This document shows positions 8,816 to 19,976 of a stretch of 64,000 nt of DNA, in pieces. The translations under genes and the position numbers were made by a program. This DNA is from an uncultured bacterium (GTDB lineage Bacteria > Omnitrophota > Omnitrophia > Omnitrophales > Abzuiibacteriaceae): assembly GCA_964387845.1 (NCBI GenBank), contig CAYLXA010000002.1:128001-192000 (forward strand), in the 5' to 3' direction. A model generated the notes under the pieces. That model did no database searches. It was not told the origin of the DNA and saw only the letters and a list, made by a program, of their open reading frames with translations. Every line of letters begins with the position of its first letter. Position 1 is the stretch's first letter.

Positions 8816-11062
8816 ATGGCAGTAAAAAAATCACTGCAAAAAACCTCGCACCTGTCCAACGAACGCGATAAACGCATCGAACTCATCGCGCGATTCGAAG
8901 ACGATCAACCGGCGCTTACTTTAGGAGCCCATCTTTTATCCGATCCCGATAAAAGAATCATTATCAGCGCTTATTTGCCGCGCGCTGCCGAAGCTTGGGT
9001 AAAACCGCTCAACGGCAAACAAAAAAAGCAGCCGATGAAAAAAATTCATCCCTCCGGGCTGTTTCAAACCGTTTATACCGATGAAAAGAGCTTGTTTCCG
9101 TATCGTTTCGAATCCGTTGATGATTCCGGTTATCGCACGGAATTTGATGATCCGTATGTCTATTCAACCGATATTACGGACTATGATCTGCATTTGATGG
9201 GTGAGGGAAACCATTTCAAAAGCTATGAAAAGTTGGGCGCAAGAGTCAAAACATTCAACGGAGTAAGCGGCGTTCATTTTTCCGTCTGGGCACCGAATGC
9301 CAAAAGCGTTAGCGTTATCGGCAACTTTAATCATTGGCAGCCGGGCGTGCACCCGATGAATCGACTGCAATCCAGCGGTGTCTGGGCATTATTTATTCCC
9401 GGGCTTAAATCCGGAGAAGTCTATAAATATGCGATTAAATCCTGGGTGGATGGTAAAATTCGGGAAAAATCAGACCCCTACGCATTTCAAACCGAACTCA
9501 GGCCGCGCTCGGCTTCAGTGGTCCCCTCAACAATTCCATACAACTGGCACGACTCCGGCTGGCTTAAAGAACGTGCGCAAACCGATATTTTCCGCAAGCC
9601 AATCGCAATTTACGAAGTGCATCTGGGCTCTTGGAAACGTGACGAAAAGAAAAATTGTGGGTTTCTGAATTACAGAGAGCTGGCGCACCAGTTGGTGGAA
9701 TATGTGAAGTGGATGGGATATACCCATATCGAATTATTGCCGATCGCGGAACATCCGCTCGATGAATCGTGGGGCTATCAGGTCATTAATTATTTTGCAC
9801 CGACCAGCCGGTTCGGAACGCCGGATGATTTTCGTTACTTTATTGATCATTGCCATCAAAACCAAATCGGCATCATTTTAGATTGGGTACCCGCACATTT
9901 TCCGAAAGATGATCATGGGCTTGCCGATTTCGACGGAAAACAAATTTACGCATATGAAAATTGGAAAAAGGGCGAACACAAAGAATGGGGAACTTACGTT
10001 TTTGACTACGGGCGCAACGAAGTCCGGAACTTTTTAATCTCGAACGCTCTTTTCTGGCTCAGCGAGTATCACATTGACGGGCTCCGGATTGATGCGGTTG
10101 CTTCAATGCTTTACTTGGATTATTCGCGCGCAGAAGGAGAATGGGAACCAAATGAGCACGGCGGCAGGGACAATCCCGAGGCGGTACAATTCCTCAAGCA
10201 ATTAAATGAAGTGGTGCATTCAAATTATCCCGGCGTTTTGACCATCGCCGAAGAATCAACCGCGTGGCCCGCAGTTTCCAGGCCGACCTATATGAATGGC
10301 CTTGGCTTCAGCATGAAATGGAACATGGGTTGGATGCACGACATGCTGGACTACTTTTCAAAAGAACCGGTTCACCGGAAATTCCATCAAAACATGCTTA
10401 CATTTTCAATGCTCTATGCATTCACAGAAAATTTTATCCTTCCGATTTCGCATGATGAGGTTGTGTATGGAAAGCGTTCTCTTTTTGAAAAAATGCCTGG
10501 CGATGACTGGCAGAAATTTGCAAATACACGGCTCTTTTTGGCTTACATGTACGCACATCCGGGTAAAAAACTGCTGTTTATGAGCAGTGATTTTGGCCAG
10601 CGATCTGAATGGGATGCGTCGCGATCTATTGACTGGCACTTCATGGACTACGAACCGCACAGACGGCTGAGCCAGTGCGTGCGTGATTTAAATCAAATTT
10701 ACAAAAACCACCGGGCGCTCTACGAAGTTGATTTTGACTGGCCCGGTTTCGAGTGGATCGATTTTTCAGATGCTGATACCAGTTTGATTAGTTTTGCGCG
10801 ATGGTCGCTGGATAAAAAGCAACTCGTCATTTGCGCATTTAATATGACACCCGTGCCGCGCATGCAATACCGAGTCGGGGTTCCGCGAGATGGATACTAT
10901 CAGGAAATTTTTAACAGTGATGCAAAAGAATACGGCGGCAGCGGAATTGGTAATTGCGGCGGGTTTCATTCCGAGAGCATCCCGTGGCACGGCCAGTCAC
11001 ACTCGCTTCATTTAAATCTACCGCCTTTAGGCGCCGTTATATTTTGCTTAAACCAAACGTAA
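8816..11062 (+). CDS. glgB: 1,4-alpha-glucan branching enzyme (GH13)
   Basis: GH13 catalytic signatures (GLRIDAVASMLY, region with EESTAWP, HDEVV). 748 aa with an N-terminal extension. Confidence 0.9.
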   Translation: MAVKKSLQKTSHLSNERDKRIELIARFEDDQPALTLGAHLLSDPDKRIIISAYLPRAAEAWVKPLNGKQKKQPMKKIHPSGLFQTVYTDEKSLFPYRFESVDDSGYRTEFDDPYVYSTDITDYDLHLMGEGNHFKSYEKLGARVKTFNGVSGVHFSVWAPNAKSVSVIGNFNHWQPGVHPMNRLQSSGVWALFIPGLKSGEVYKYAIKSWVDGKIREKSDPYAFQTELRPRSASVVPSTIPYNWHDSGWLKERAQTDIFRKPIAIYEVHLGSWKRDEKKNCGFLNYRELAHQLVEYVKWMGYTHIELLPIAEHPLDESWGYQVINYFAPTSRFGTPDDFRYFIDHCHQNQIGIILDWVPAHFPKDDHGLADFDGKQIYAYENWKKGEHKEWGTYVFDYGRNEVRNFLISNALFWLSEYHIDGLRIDAVASMLYLDYSRAEGEWEPNEHGGRDNPEAVQFLKQLNEVVHSNYPGVLTIAEESTAWPAVSRPTYMNGLGFSMKWNMGWMHDMLDYFSKEPVHRKFHQNMLTFSMLYAFTENFILPISHDEVVYGKRSLFEKMPGDDWQKFANTRLFLAYMYAHPGKKLLFMSSDFGQRSEWDASRSIDWHFMDYEPHRRLSQCVRDLNQIYKNHRALYEVDFDWPGFEWIDFSDADTSLISFARWSLDKKQLVICAFNMTPVPRMQYRVGVPRDGYYQEIFNSDAKEYGGSGIGNCGGFHSESIPWHGQSHSLHLNLPPLGAVIFCLNQT

Positions 11063-11077
11063 ATTGAGCGGAGCCGT

Positions 11078-13573
11078 ATGTCAAAAAATGTTTTTATTGC
11101 AGTTCATGGACATTTTTACCAACCGCCGCGGGAAAACCCTTGGCTGGAAGAGATCGAGGCGCAGGATACGGCAGCTCCGTTTCATGATTGGAATGAGCGG
11201 ATTTATCATGAGTGCTATTTGCCCAATGCTACTGCGCGCGTTCTGGATGAGCATGGGAAAATCATCGATATCGTAAACAATTACGAATCGATCAGCTTTA
11301 ATTTTGGCCCGACACTCCTGACTTGGCTCCAGCACAAACATCCTGAAATTTATCAAAGAATAATTGAAGCCGACAAAAAGAGCTTGTCAGCCCAAAACGG
11401 CCATGGCAATGCAATTGCGCAAGCCTATAGCCACCTCATTATGCCGCTCGCTAATACAAGGGATAAAGAAACGCAGGTGCGGTGGGGGATTGAAGAATTC
11501 AAATTCCGGTTTAATCGAGCGCCAGAATCTATGTGGCTTCCGGAAACGGCCTGCAATGAGCAAACGCTTGAGGTTTTGGTTGCTCACGGCATCCGGTTTA
11601 TCATCCTAGAACCCAATCAAGCAGAAGCTGTCCGGCCGCTGGGCCATCATGATTGGCAGGATGTTTCATCCGGTACAATTGACCCGAAACACCCATACCG
11701 GTGTTTTCTAAAGAATAATCCTCACCAATTCATCGATATTTTCTTTTATGATGGCCCGATCTCAAAAGATATTGGTTTTGCAAATTTGGCTTTTGATGCA
11801 AAAATTTTTGTAGATCGCTTGATCCACTCGATCGATCACCACAACACTCAAAACCAAATTATTCATACGGCAACGGATGGTGAAACTTACGGTCATCACA
11901 AGGCATTTGGTGAGCGGGCGCTGGCGTATTTATTGCAAAGGGAAATTCACAATCATAACATTCAGCTCACCAATTACGGCGAATACCTGTCCAAAAATCT
12001 GCCGCAACACGAAGTGAAGTTAAAAGAAGGAATTAACGGGCTCGGTACCAGCTGGAGCTGTGCGCATGGCGTGGGCCGTTGGATGGAAAATTGCGGATGC
12101 CGCGGCGGCGGGCCCGCGTCTTGGACGCAGCATTGGCGCAAACCGCTTCGGGAAGCGTTGGACTGGCTGCGCGATGAACTGTCAAAAGTTTATGAAGAGT
12201 TTGGCGGTAAATATTTGAAGAATCCCTGGGAAGCGCGCAATCAATATATCCGCGTCGTGCTCGACCGCAGCGATCAAAATGTCAAAAATTTCTTATCGGA
12301 GCAGGCGCATTCGCTTAATGATATCCCGGCCTGCTTGAAACTGCTTGAGATGCAGCGCCATGCAATGCAGATGTATACCAGTTGCGGCTGGTTTTTTACG
12401 GAACTTTCCGGAATTGAAACCGTTCAAATCATGCAATATGCAGCGCGAGCCATTCAGCTTGCCCGCGAATTGACCGGAAAATCTCTCGAGGAAGAATTTG
12501 TGGAACGGCTTTTCCATGCCAAAAGCAACGTAGCGGAATTTAAAGACGGACGGGGTGTTTATGAAAAACTAATCCGGCCGAAAGAGATCACGCTAAATCA
12601 TATTGCGGCTTATTACGCAATCACGTCGCTTTTTGACGACGACGAGACGCACCGCGATGAAGTCGACCTTTATTGCTTCAAGCTTAAAATTCATCATTAT
12701 CACAGCGAATCGTTCGGTAATTTAAAACTGACCTACGGCCGCGCTTCAGTCAAATCTCAACTGACCTGGGAAGAAAAAGATCTGGCCTTTACCGTTTTGC
12801 AGTTTGGGCTTTACGATTTCCGGTGTTGCGTCAAAGATTTCACCGAAGAACAAAAATTCGAATCGGAAGGGAGGGTCCTGTCAGAGGCCCTCCATTCACT
12901 TGATTTGGTGGGATTGCTCCGGAAAATCGATTCCTTTTTCGGCGATGTTAATTTTTCGCTCCGCGATTTGCCTTATCCCGAGCGGCACAAAATCGTTTCA
13001 ACGCTGTCTAAAGAGGCCATCGAAAAAATCAGCGCTGCTTACGAAACGCTTTATGCAGAAAACAGTAAAATGAATAAAATTTACCGAGACATCAACTTGC
13101 CGATTCCGGCCGAGATACGCTTTGCCGTTCAGCACACACTCGGGAAGCAGTTGGAATTACAGCTTAAGAAATTATCCGCTGCCGGTTTTCAGGCTAAAAA
13201 AGCCCAAAGCGTTTCACGCACCATCGAAACAGCAAGATCTCTGGGCGTTGAAATTAAAACGGAAGCGATCACGCACATGCTCAGCCACGAACTCGCTCAG
13301 AAAGCGCGGCTATTGGCGGTTGAAATGAAGGCTGAGTTTATCTCCGAATGCCTTTATATTTTGCGGATTGCGAAAAAATTGGGCACAGAATTGGAAATCC
13401 GGGAGGCGCAGGATTATTTGTTTAATTTCCTCCAAAAATCAAAACAAGGCGTCAATGCTGCGGCTGAAATCATTAATAACCCGGCGAATCATCTCGCTCA
13501 ATTGGTGACCAATTTAAACATGCATCCTCATTTAATTCCGAAGTCAGCCTCAAAACAGGAGCAGGCGTGTTGA
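11078..13573 (+). CDS. Glycoside hydrolase family 57 protein (alpha-amylase / glucanotransferase / branching type) with a ~300-aa C-terminal extension
   Basis: GH57 N-terminus HGHFYQPPRENPW, a catalytic core with conserved E/D residues (ATDGETYGHHK), 831 aa. Confidence 0.8.
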   Translation: MSKNVFIAVHGHFYQPPRENPWLEEIEAQDTAAPFHDWNERIYHECYLPNATARVLDEHGKIIDIVNNYESISFNFGPTLLTWLQHKHPEIYQRIIEADKKSLSAQNGHGNAIAQAYSHLIMPLANTRDKETQVRWGIEEFKFRFNRAPESMWLPETACNEQTLEVLVAHGIRFIILEPNQAEAVRPLGHHDWQDVSSGTIDPKHPYRCFLKNNPHQFIDIFFYDGPISKDIGFANLAFDAKIFVDRLIHSIDHHNTQNQIIHTATDGETYGHHKAFGERALAYLLQREIHNHNIQLTNYGEYLSKNLPQHEVKLKEGINGLGTSWSCAHGVGRWMENCGCRGGGPASWTQHWRKPLREALDWLRDELSKVYEEFGGKYLKNPWEARNQYIRVVLDRSDQNVKNFLSEQAHSLNDIPACLKLLEMQRHAMQMYTSCGWFFTELSGIETVQIMQYAARAIQLARELTGKSLEEEFVERLFHAKSNVAEFKDGRGVYEKLIRPKEITLNHIAAYYAITSLFDDDETHRDEVDLYCFKLKIHHYHSESFGNLKLTYGRASVKSQLTWEEKDLAFTVLQFGLYDFRCCVKDFTEEQKFESEGRVLSEALHSLDLVGLLRKIDSFFGDVNFSLRDLPYPERHKIVSTLSKEAIEKISAAYETLYAENSKMNKIYRDINLPIPAEIRFAVQHTLGKQLELQLKKLSAAGFQAKKAQSVSRTIETARSLGVEIKTEAITHMLSHELAQKARLLAVEMKAEFISECLYILRIAKKLGTELEIREAQDYLFNFLQKSKQGVNAAAEIINNPANHLAQLVTNLNMHPHLIPKSASKQEQAC

Positions 13574-15435
13574 TCGACTCTGAATCAAACAAACTCGGAG
13601 CCGGGCATGCCGATGAGCGTTACGCTTACTTTTTGTCGGCTCCCAGCGCCGAACATTGGAAACGCATCGGCCTGCGCCGGCGCGGTGGAATTTTGGCGCC
13701 TCTTTTTTCGATTTATTCTGAAAGCAGTATCGGAATCGGGGAATTTCCGGATCTTCGACTGCTGGCAGACTGGTGCAGAGACACGGGTCTTTCCATCATC
13801 CAGTTATTACCGCTCAACGATGTCGGATTTACTTTCCGTCCTTACGATGCCGACAGCACCTTCGCAATTGATCCGATGTATTTATCGCTTGATCGCTTAG
13901 TCGGAGTTGACCCAAGGCCCCTTCGGATGCGGTCGGCGGTTCTGCGTGCGCGCTATCCTCGCAATCATTCGAGAGTCGATTATGGAATCAAGCGTGCTAA
14001 ACTGGATTTTTTATGGGAAGCTTTCGCCAAATCCGAGCACAAACAAAATTCCAGATTTCTCGAGTTTGTGCGCCAAAACGCTTATTGGCTCAGCGATTAC
14101 GCCATGTTCCGCGTTCTAAAAACTCTCCACAAAGAAAAATCCTGGGAAGCTTGGCCTGAAAAATTCAAAAGCCGAAACAAATCGGCCCTGCGAGAAGCAG
14201 AGAACGAACACAGAGAGAAAATTGAATTTCACAAGTGGGTTCAGTGGCAGGTTTTTGAACAATTTCGCGGAGCCAAAAACGATTTAGCGCAAAGAAATAT
14301 TTTGCTGATGGGTGATTTGCCTTTCTTGGTTTCGCGCGATAGTGCCGATGTGTGGTCTCATCCGAATTTATTTAAACTCGACCGCCTGGCCGGCGCGCCT
14401 CCCGATCTTTACTTTGCGTTGGGGCAGCGCTGGGGAATGCCGCCTTACAATTGGGAGAATATTGAAAGCGAAAATTTTTCTTATTTAATTGAACGGCTTC
14501 GCTACGCGGAAAATTTTTATGACTGCTTCCGTATTGATCATTTTGTCGGGCTTTTCCGAATCTGGACAATCGCAGCTGATGAACCACTTGAAAACGGCGG
14601 TTTAAACGGCGCATTTGATCCGCCGGAAGAAACGAAGTGGGAAGAACACGGAAGACGCATTTTGTCGGTCATAACTCGGAATACAAAAATGCTCCCGTGC
14701 GCCGAAGACCTCGGCGTTGTGCCGCCGTGTTCGTTTAAAGTCCTTGAAGAGTTCGGCCTGCCCGGTATGGACATCCAGCGCTGGATGCGCGACTGGGGAA
14801 AAACGTACGAATTTTTGAATGCCGAACGTTACCGGAAAAATTCCTTGTCTACCATTTCGACGCACGATATGTCTATCTTCGCTGCCTGGTGGCAATTTGA
14901 GGCCGGAACCGTCGACGAGGAGCTGTATCGGCGCGCTTTAAAAAAGGCCGGGCTTGATTTCGAAAAACTCAAAAATCACTTATTTGATATCAAGCATTCG
15001 ATGCACAAAAAATTACGGTGGAAAAAAGACATCAAAACTGTTTCAAAGTATCTTCAGATATTGCAAATTCCCGAAACTGCGGCCGGAGAGTTAATTTATT
15101 TGTTTGTGTCATCGTTTGATGAAAAGGAAAAAGCGCTCAGGTTTTTTGATTTTGAGAACGGAGCAAAATCGCCGGAAGTCCGCGAGCTCCTGAAAACCGC
15201 GATCCGTAAAAATTTGGAAACCGATTCCATTTTCAATATCCAATTAATCCAGGATTGGCTGTGCCTTTCGGAAAATTGCTTCGCCGACGCTTGGAATGCA
15301 CGGGTTAATTTTCCGGGTATAATGAGCGACCAAAATTGGTCAATCGTGATGCCGATATCGCTGGAAGAAATGCGGCAGCTGGAAATCAATCCTTTCATCA
15401 AGTCTATGGCCGAGGCTTCTTACCGCACAGAATAA
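13567..15435 (+). CDS. malQ: 4-alpha-glucanotransferase (amylomaltase, GH77)
   Basis: GH77 signatures (RGGILAPLFSI..., GDLPF, IDHFVGLFRIW). GTG start overlaps the GH57 stop; SD caggag 7 nt upstream. Confidence 0.85.
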   Translation: MLIDSESNKLGAGHADERYAYFLSAPSAEHWKRIGLRRRGGILAPLFSIYSESSIGIGEFPDLRLLADWCRDTGLSIIQLLPLNDVGFTFRPYDADSTFAIDPMYLSLDRLVGVDPRPLRMRSAVLRARYPRNHSRVDYGIKRAKLDFLWEAFAKSEHKQNSRFLEFVRQNAYWLSDYAMFRVLKTLHKEKSWEAWPEKFKSRNKSALREAENEHREKIEFHKWVQWQVFEQFRGAKNDLAQRNILLMGDLPFLVSRDSADVWSHPNLFKLDRLAGAPPDLYFALGQRWGMPPYNWENIESENFSYLIERLRYAENFYDCFRIDHFVGLFRIWTIAADEPLENGGLNGAFDPPEETKWEEHGRRILSVITRNTKMLPCAEDLGVVPPCSFKVLEEFGLPGMDIQRWMRDWGKTYEFLNAERYRKNSLSTISTHDMSIFAAWWQFEAGTVDEELYRRALKKAGLDFEKLKNHLFDIKHSMHKKLRWKKDIKTVSKYLQILQIPETAAGELIYLFVSSFDEKEKALRFFDFENGAKSPEVRELLKTAIRKNLETDSIFNIQLIQDWLCLSENCFADAWNARVNFPGIMSDQNWSIVMPISLEEMRQLEINPFIKSMAEASYRTE

Positions 15436-15438
15436 CCG

Positions 15439-15467
15439 TTTGACAAGTCGTCGGAATCTCCTAAAAT
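15439..15467 (+). promoter_or_regulatory. Sigma-70-like promoter upstream of pgk (TTGACA-N17-TAAAAT)
   Basis: TTGACA at 15439-15444 and TAAAAT at 15462-15467, read directly. Confidence 0.5.
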
Positions 15468-15497
15468 ACAGTTTTCGCTACCCATCCGGAACAGATT

Positions 15498-16691
15498 ATG
15501 AATAAGCAGACCATTTCAGATATCGATGTCAAAGGCAAGCGCGTTATTATCCGTGCCGATTTCAATGTGCCTCTTGATAAGTCGGGAAACATTACAGATG
15601 ATGCCCGCATTGCCAAAACCATTCCAACAATCAAAAATTTGCTCGAGCGGAAAGCAAAAGTTGTTTTAATGTCTCACTTGGGTCGCCCAAAAGGGAAGCC
15701 GGAGGCAGAGTTCAGCCTGGCGCCCGTCGCCAAACGGTTAACCGAACTTTTGAAGCAACCTATCGAACTAACGCCGGACTGCGTCGGGCCGGAAGTCGAA
15801 TCAAAAGTGAAAAACCTGAAAGATGGCCAAGCGCTTCTGCTTGAAAATTTGAGATTTCACAAAGAAGAAGAAAAGAACGATCCCGCATTCTCCAAACAAC
15901 TCGCTTCGCTTGCTGATATTTATGTCAATGACGCATTTGGCGCCGCGCACAGGGCACATGCATCAACGGAAGGTATCGCGAAGCATTTGCCGGCTGTTGC
16001 AGGCTTTTTACTTGCAAAGGAAATTGAATATTTCAGTAAGGCGCTCGAAAACCCCGACCGGCCGTTTGTAACGATCCTGGGCGGAGCCAAAGTTTCGGAC
16101 AAGATTAAAGTCATTGAAAACCTGCTTTCAAAAGTAGACGGGTTGTTGATCGGCGGCGCCATGGCATACACGTTTTTAAAATCGCAGGGACTGGCAATCG
16201 GAAAATCCAAACTCGATGAGCCCGGCATCGATATTGCCAAACAGATTTTAGCGAAGGCAAAGCAAGAAAAAATAGAAATTCTGCTTCCTGTCGATCATGT
16301 CGTGTCGCAGGAGATTTCTGAAAATGCCCCTACTAAAGTTGTCGACGAGATTCCTGAGGGCTGGATGGCGGTCGATATCGGTCCTAAAACCGTTCAGGAA
16401 TTTTCAAAGCGTTTATCCGCCTCCAAAATGGTGATTTGGAACGGCCCGGTGGGCATATTTGAAATGAAACCATTCGCTAACGGAACCAAACAACTTGCCG
16501 ATACATTAAGCAAGTTAAAAGCAACTACCATTATCGGCGGCGGAGACACGGCTGCAGCGGTTAAAGAATTTGGATACGAAGAAAAAATGTCGCACGTCTC
16601 AACCGGCGGCGGCGCATCGCTTGAATTTCTAGAAGGAATTGAACTTCCGGGCGTTCGTGCGCTGAACAACAAATCGAAAGCAAAGGTTTAA
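15498..16691 (+). CDS. pgk: Phosphoglycerate kinase
   Basis: Full-length 397 aa with conserved PGK motifs (RADFNVP, GGGASLE). Confidence 0.95.
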   Translation: MNKQTISDIDVKGKRVIIRADFNVPLDKSGNITDDARIAKTIPTIKNLLERKAKVVLMSHLGRPKGKPEAEFSLAPVAKRLTELLKQPIELTPDCVGPEVESKVKNLKDGQALLLENLRFHKEEEKNDPAFSKQLASLADIYVNDAFGAAHRAHASTEGIAKHLPAVAGFLLAKEIEYFSKALENPDRPFVTILGGAKVSDKIKVIENLLSKVDGLLIGGAMAYTFLKSQGLAIGKSKLDEPGIDIAKQILAKAKQEKIEILLPVDHVVSQEISENAPTKVVDEIPEGWMAVDIGPKTVQEFSKRLSASKMVIWNGPVGIFEMKPFANGTKQLADTLSKLKATTIIGGGDTAAAVKEFGYEEKMSHVSTGGGASLEFLEGIELPGVRALNNKSKAKV

Positions 16692-16692
16692 T

Positions 16693-17478
16693 ATGAATCG
16701 TCCTCTGATTGTCGGAAATTGGAAAATGTACAAGAACATTCCGGAAACGGTTTCGCTCATTAACAGCATCAAAGCCGGCGTTCATTCCGTGACGAATGTC
16801 GATATTGTCGTCTGTCCGCCGTTCACCGCGCTCGCATCAGCGTCTACGGCCTTAAAAGATAGCAAGATTGATTTGGGTGCTCAGGATATGTATCACGAAA
16901 CGGAAGGCGCATTTACGGGCGAGGTTTCGCCGTTGATGCTAAAAGATGTGGGTTGTCGGTATGTCATCTTAGGCCATTCGGAACGCCGCACGATTTTCAA
17001 AGAACCGGACGAGCTGATTGAAAAGAAGCTGCTCGCTGCAATGAAGTACAGTTTTATTCCGATTTTATGCATTGGTGAAACCTTGGAAGAGCGGGAAGCC
17101 CGCAAAGCGTTCGAAGTCGTGAAGCGTCAGTTTGACATCGCCATGGTCCACATTGATCCCAGCGAAATGGAAAGGATCGTCATTGCCTATGAACCCGTGT
17201 GGGCGATTGGTACCGGGCGCACAGCAACGCCGGAACAGGCTGAACAGATGCATTCTTATATCCGAAGATTGCTGCATGAAAAGCACGGTGACGACATCGC
17301 GCAAAAAGTAAAAATTCTTTACGGCGGCAGCGTGAAGCCGGATAATATTGCACAGCTCATGGAACGTCCGAATTTGGACGGCGCTCTTGTCGGCGGCGCT
17401 TCCTTGAAAGCCGAATCATTCATTCAAATCGTTAAAAATTCCGTTGCGCTTGAAACCCAGGAGAAATCCTCATCATGA
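16693..17478 (+). CDS. tpiA: Triosephosphate isomerase
   Basis: GNWKM, ILGHSERR, AYEPVWAIGTG and GGASLK motifs. Confidence 0.95.
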   Translation: MNRPLIVGNWKMYKNIPETVSLINSIKAGVHSVTNVDIVVCPPFTALASASTALKDSKIDLGAQDMYHETEGAFTGEVSPLMLKDVGCRYVILGHSERRTIFKEPDELIEKKLLAAMKYSFIPILCIGETLEEREARKAFEVVKRQFDIAMVHIDPSEMERIVIAYEPVWAIGTGRTATPEQAEQMHSYIRRLLHEKHGDDIAQKVKILYGGSVKPDNIAQLMERPNLDGALVGGASLKAESFIQIVKNSVALETQEKSSS

Positions 17479-17867
17479 CCGTTCTTATTACAGCGATTCA
17501 TATTCTCGTTTGCTTGGTTTTAATTTTAGTAATTCTATTGCAAGCCGGGCGCGGAGCTGGTTTGAGCTGGGGTTCTTTCGGCGGCGACCCGCAATCCGTA
17601 TTCGGAACCAAGTCAGCTACATTCTTAAAAAAAGCAACCACCGTGTCTGCGATTTTATTTTTATTAACCTGCATCGGGCTTAATATTATCGAGACGCATA
17701 AGTCAAAATCACTTTTTTCGACCGGTAATACGCAAGTCGACATCGAAAAAATCAAGCAGGCATTAGAGCAAGTGAAAGCCGAAGAAGCGAAAAACCCCCA
17801 GACCGCTACGCCGGCAGCCGGCGCGACAACGGAAACACCGGCCGCTGAAACCAAATCCGAAAACTAA
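17475..17867 (+). CDS. secG: Preprotein translocase subunit SecG
   Basis: Two TM helices and the glycine-rich LLQAGRGAGLS motif. Conserved pgk-tpiA-secG order. Confidence 0.8.
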   Translation: MTVLITAIHILVCLVLILVILLQAGRGAGLSWGSFGGDPQSVFGTKSATFLKKATTVSAILFLLTCIGLNIIETHKSKSLFSTGNTQVDIEKIKQALEQVKAEEAKNPQTATPAAGATTETPAAETKSEN

Positions 17868-17890
17868 ACCAGCATTGACTGGTTTTTGAG
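17866..17890 (+). terminator. Weak hairpin plus T-run after secG (possible partial terminator)
   Basis: aaccag-cattga-ctggtt then ttttt: 6-bp stem, short U-tract. Confidence 0.3.
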
Positions 17891-19976
17891 TCGGCCGATG
17901 ATTCAATCTCAGACTCACGCAGCCAGCAAGCCTGTCCGATATTTAAAGGGGATTGGCCCTAAACGCTCGGAAGCATTGGAGCGCTTGGGAATCAAAACCA
18001 TCTACGATCTCTGTTTTTTCCTTCCGCGCCAATACCAAGACCGCAGCAACTTTGCCCAAATTGCGGATATACGCCCAAATACTTATGTAACCTTAAAAGG
18101 AAAGGTGTCTGCCGTGACGTGGCGCCCCATGAAACGGATCGGGGTTCTAGAATTGTGGCTTCAGGACAAAAGCGGGGCTATTCTTGCTATTTGGTTCAAC
18201 CAGCCGTTTCTTAAGAAAAATTTTCAGGAAGGCGCGGAGCTTATTTTAAGCGGAAAAGCAGAAGTTTATAAAAACCGGCTGCAAATTGTATCACCGGAAT
18301 ACGAGATCGTGGATGCGCAAGATGACGATACGGTCCATACCGGCAGGATTACACCCATCTATCCGCTGAGCGAAGGACTTTTTCAGCGTTCAGTACGCCT
18401 GGCGATGAAAGAGCTGGTTGATCATCATTTGGCCGAAGAGGTGAGTGACTACATGCCAGATGCTATCAAAAAAGAACACAAGCTTTTGAATTTGATTGAA
18501 GCAGTCCGAGAACTTCATTTCCCATCCGAATTTGACGCGTTAAAAAAAGCACAAGACCGGATCATTTTTGATGATTTCTTTTTATTCGAGCTTCAGTTGC
18601 TTAAAAAAATGCAGCAGATCAAAGAAAAATATAAAAGCGCCTCGATTCCATTTTCGGAAAGTGACCTAGAGCAGTTTGAAAAAACTTTGCCGTTCCGATT
18701 AACCCAAGGACAGCGAAAAGCCATCCAAGAAATCGGTGCCGAGATTGCATCGCCGATGCCGATGAGCCGGCTGCTGCAAGGCGAGGTCGGATCCGGAAAG
18801 ACGGTGGTTGCGGCATTCTTTTTTCAACTCGCCGCCAAATGTAAAATACAGTCTGCCTTTTTAATCCCAACCGAGGTGTTGGCAGAGCAGCATGAAGCAA
18901 CGCTTAAAAAAACACTCGAGCAATATCCGGTCCGGGTTGAGCTGCTCACAGCAAGCGTTGATGATCAAAAGCGCGGTGAAATTTTACGCGATTTGCAGCT
19001 TGGAAAAGTCGATGTCCTGGTCGGAACGCACGCCATGCTTCAGGAGTCGGTTTCTTTCCGAAAGTTGGGCTTTGTTGTGATTGACGAACAGCACAAGTTC
19101 GGCGTCCGGCAGCGAGCCCAACTCTTGAGCCGAGATCCGCGGCCGCATCTTTTGGTGATGTCTGCAACGCCGATTCCCAGGACTTTGGGGCTGACGTTAT
19201 ACGGCGACCTCAGTATTTCAACCATTCGCGAACTTCCCAAAAACAGAAAGCCGATTAAAACCGAATGGATGCCTGAAGCAAGGCGGACTGATGTCTATAA
19301 GCAAGTCAAAACCCGTATTGCAAAAGGCGAGCAGGCTTACATGATGTTCCCGATTATCGAAGAAACCGAAAGATTAGATTTGCAGGCCGCTTCACAGGAA
19401 TTTGAAAAATTAAAACGCGGCGAATTTAAGGATTTCCGTTTGGGACTGATTCACGGCAGAATGTCGAAAGACGAGCGCAATAAAGCGATGAGTGATTTTA
19501 AATCGGGCAAATTGCATATGTTGGTCAGCACATCCGTCATCGAGGTCGGCGTCGATAATCCAAATGCCACAATGATGATCATTCAACACGCGGACCGGTT
19601 TGGCCTTTCGCAGCTCCACCAAATCCGGGGCCGGATCGGCCGGGGAGAGCTAGAGTCAATTTGTTTTTTAATCGCCGATCCCAAAACGGAGAATGCCAAA
19701 ATCAGGCTTGAAGCGCTTGTCAAAACAAACAACGGCTTTGAAATTGCGGAGGAAGATTTAAAATTGCGCGGGCCCGGTGAATTTTTCGGGCTTCGGCAGA
19801 GCGGCGCACCTATGTTTCGGCTGGCCGATATTACGCGCGACTATCAAGTGCTGGAAACTACTCGGGAAAGTGCAAAGCGAGTTTTAAAATCAGACCCAAG
19901 CCTCTCCCGCGAGGACCATCGTCTTCTTGCTCGGGAATTAATAAAGCAATACGGCGGAGGCTCGGCTCAAGAATGA
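17886..19976 (+). CDS. recG: ATP-dependent DNA helicase RecG
   Basis: Wedge/OB N-terminal domain, SF2 helicase motifs (GEVGSGKT, DEQHKFG, SATPIPRT) and the C-terminal TRG motif region. Confidence 0.9.
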   Translation: MSRPMIQSQTHAASKPVRYLKGIGPKRSEALERLGIKTIYDLCFFLPRQYQDRSNFAQIADIRPNTYVTLKGKVSAVTWRPMKRIGVLELWLQDKSGAILAIWFNQPFLKKNFQEGAELILSGKAEVYKNRLQIVSPEYEIVDAQDDDTVHTGRITPIYPLSEGLFQRSVRLAMKELVDHHLAEEVSDYMPDAIKKEHKLLNLIEAVRELHFPSEFDALKKAQDRIIFDDFFLFELQLLKKMQQIKEKYKSASIPFSESDLEQFEKTLPFRLTQGQRKAIQEIGAEIASPMPMSRLLQGEVGSGKTVVAAFFFQLAAKCKIQSAFLIPTEVLAEQHEATLKKTLEQYPVRVELLTASVDDQKRGEILRDLQLGKVDVLVGTHAMLQESVSFRKLGFVVIDEQHKFGVRQRAQLLSRDPRPHLLVMSATPIPRTLGLTLYGDLSISTIRELPKNRKPIKTEWMPEARRTDVYKQVKTRIAKGEQAYMMFPIIEETERLDLQAASQEFEKLKRGEFKDFRLGLIHGRMSKDERNKAMSDFKSGKLHMLVSTSVIEVGVDNPNATMMIIQHADRFGLSQLHQIRGRIGRGELESICFLIADPKTENAKIRLEALVKTNNGFEIAEEDLKLRGPGEFFGLRQSGAPMFRLADITRDYQVLETTRESAKRVLKSDPSLSREDHRLLARELIKQYGGGSAQE

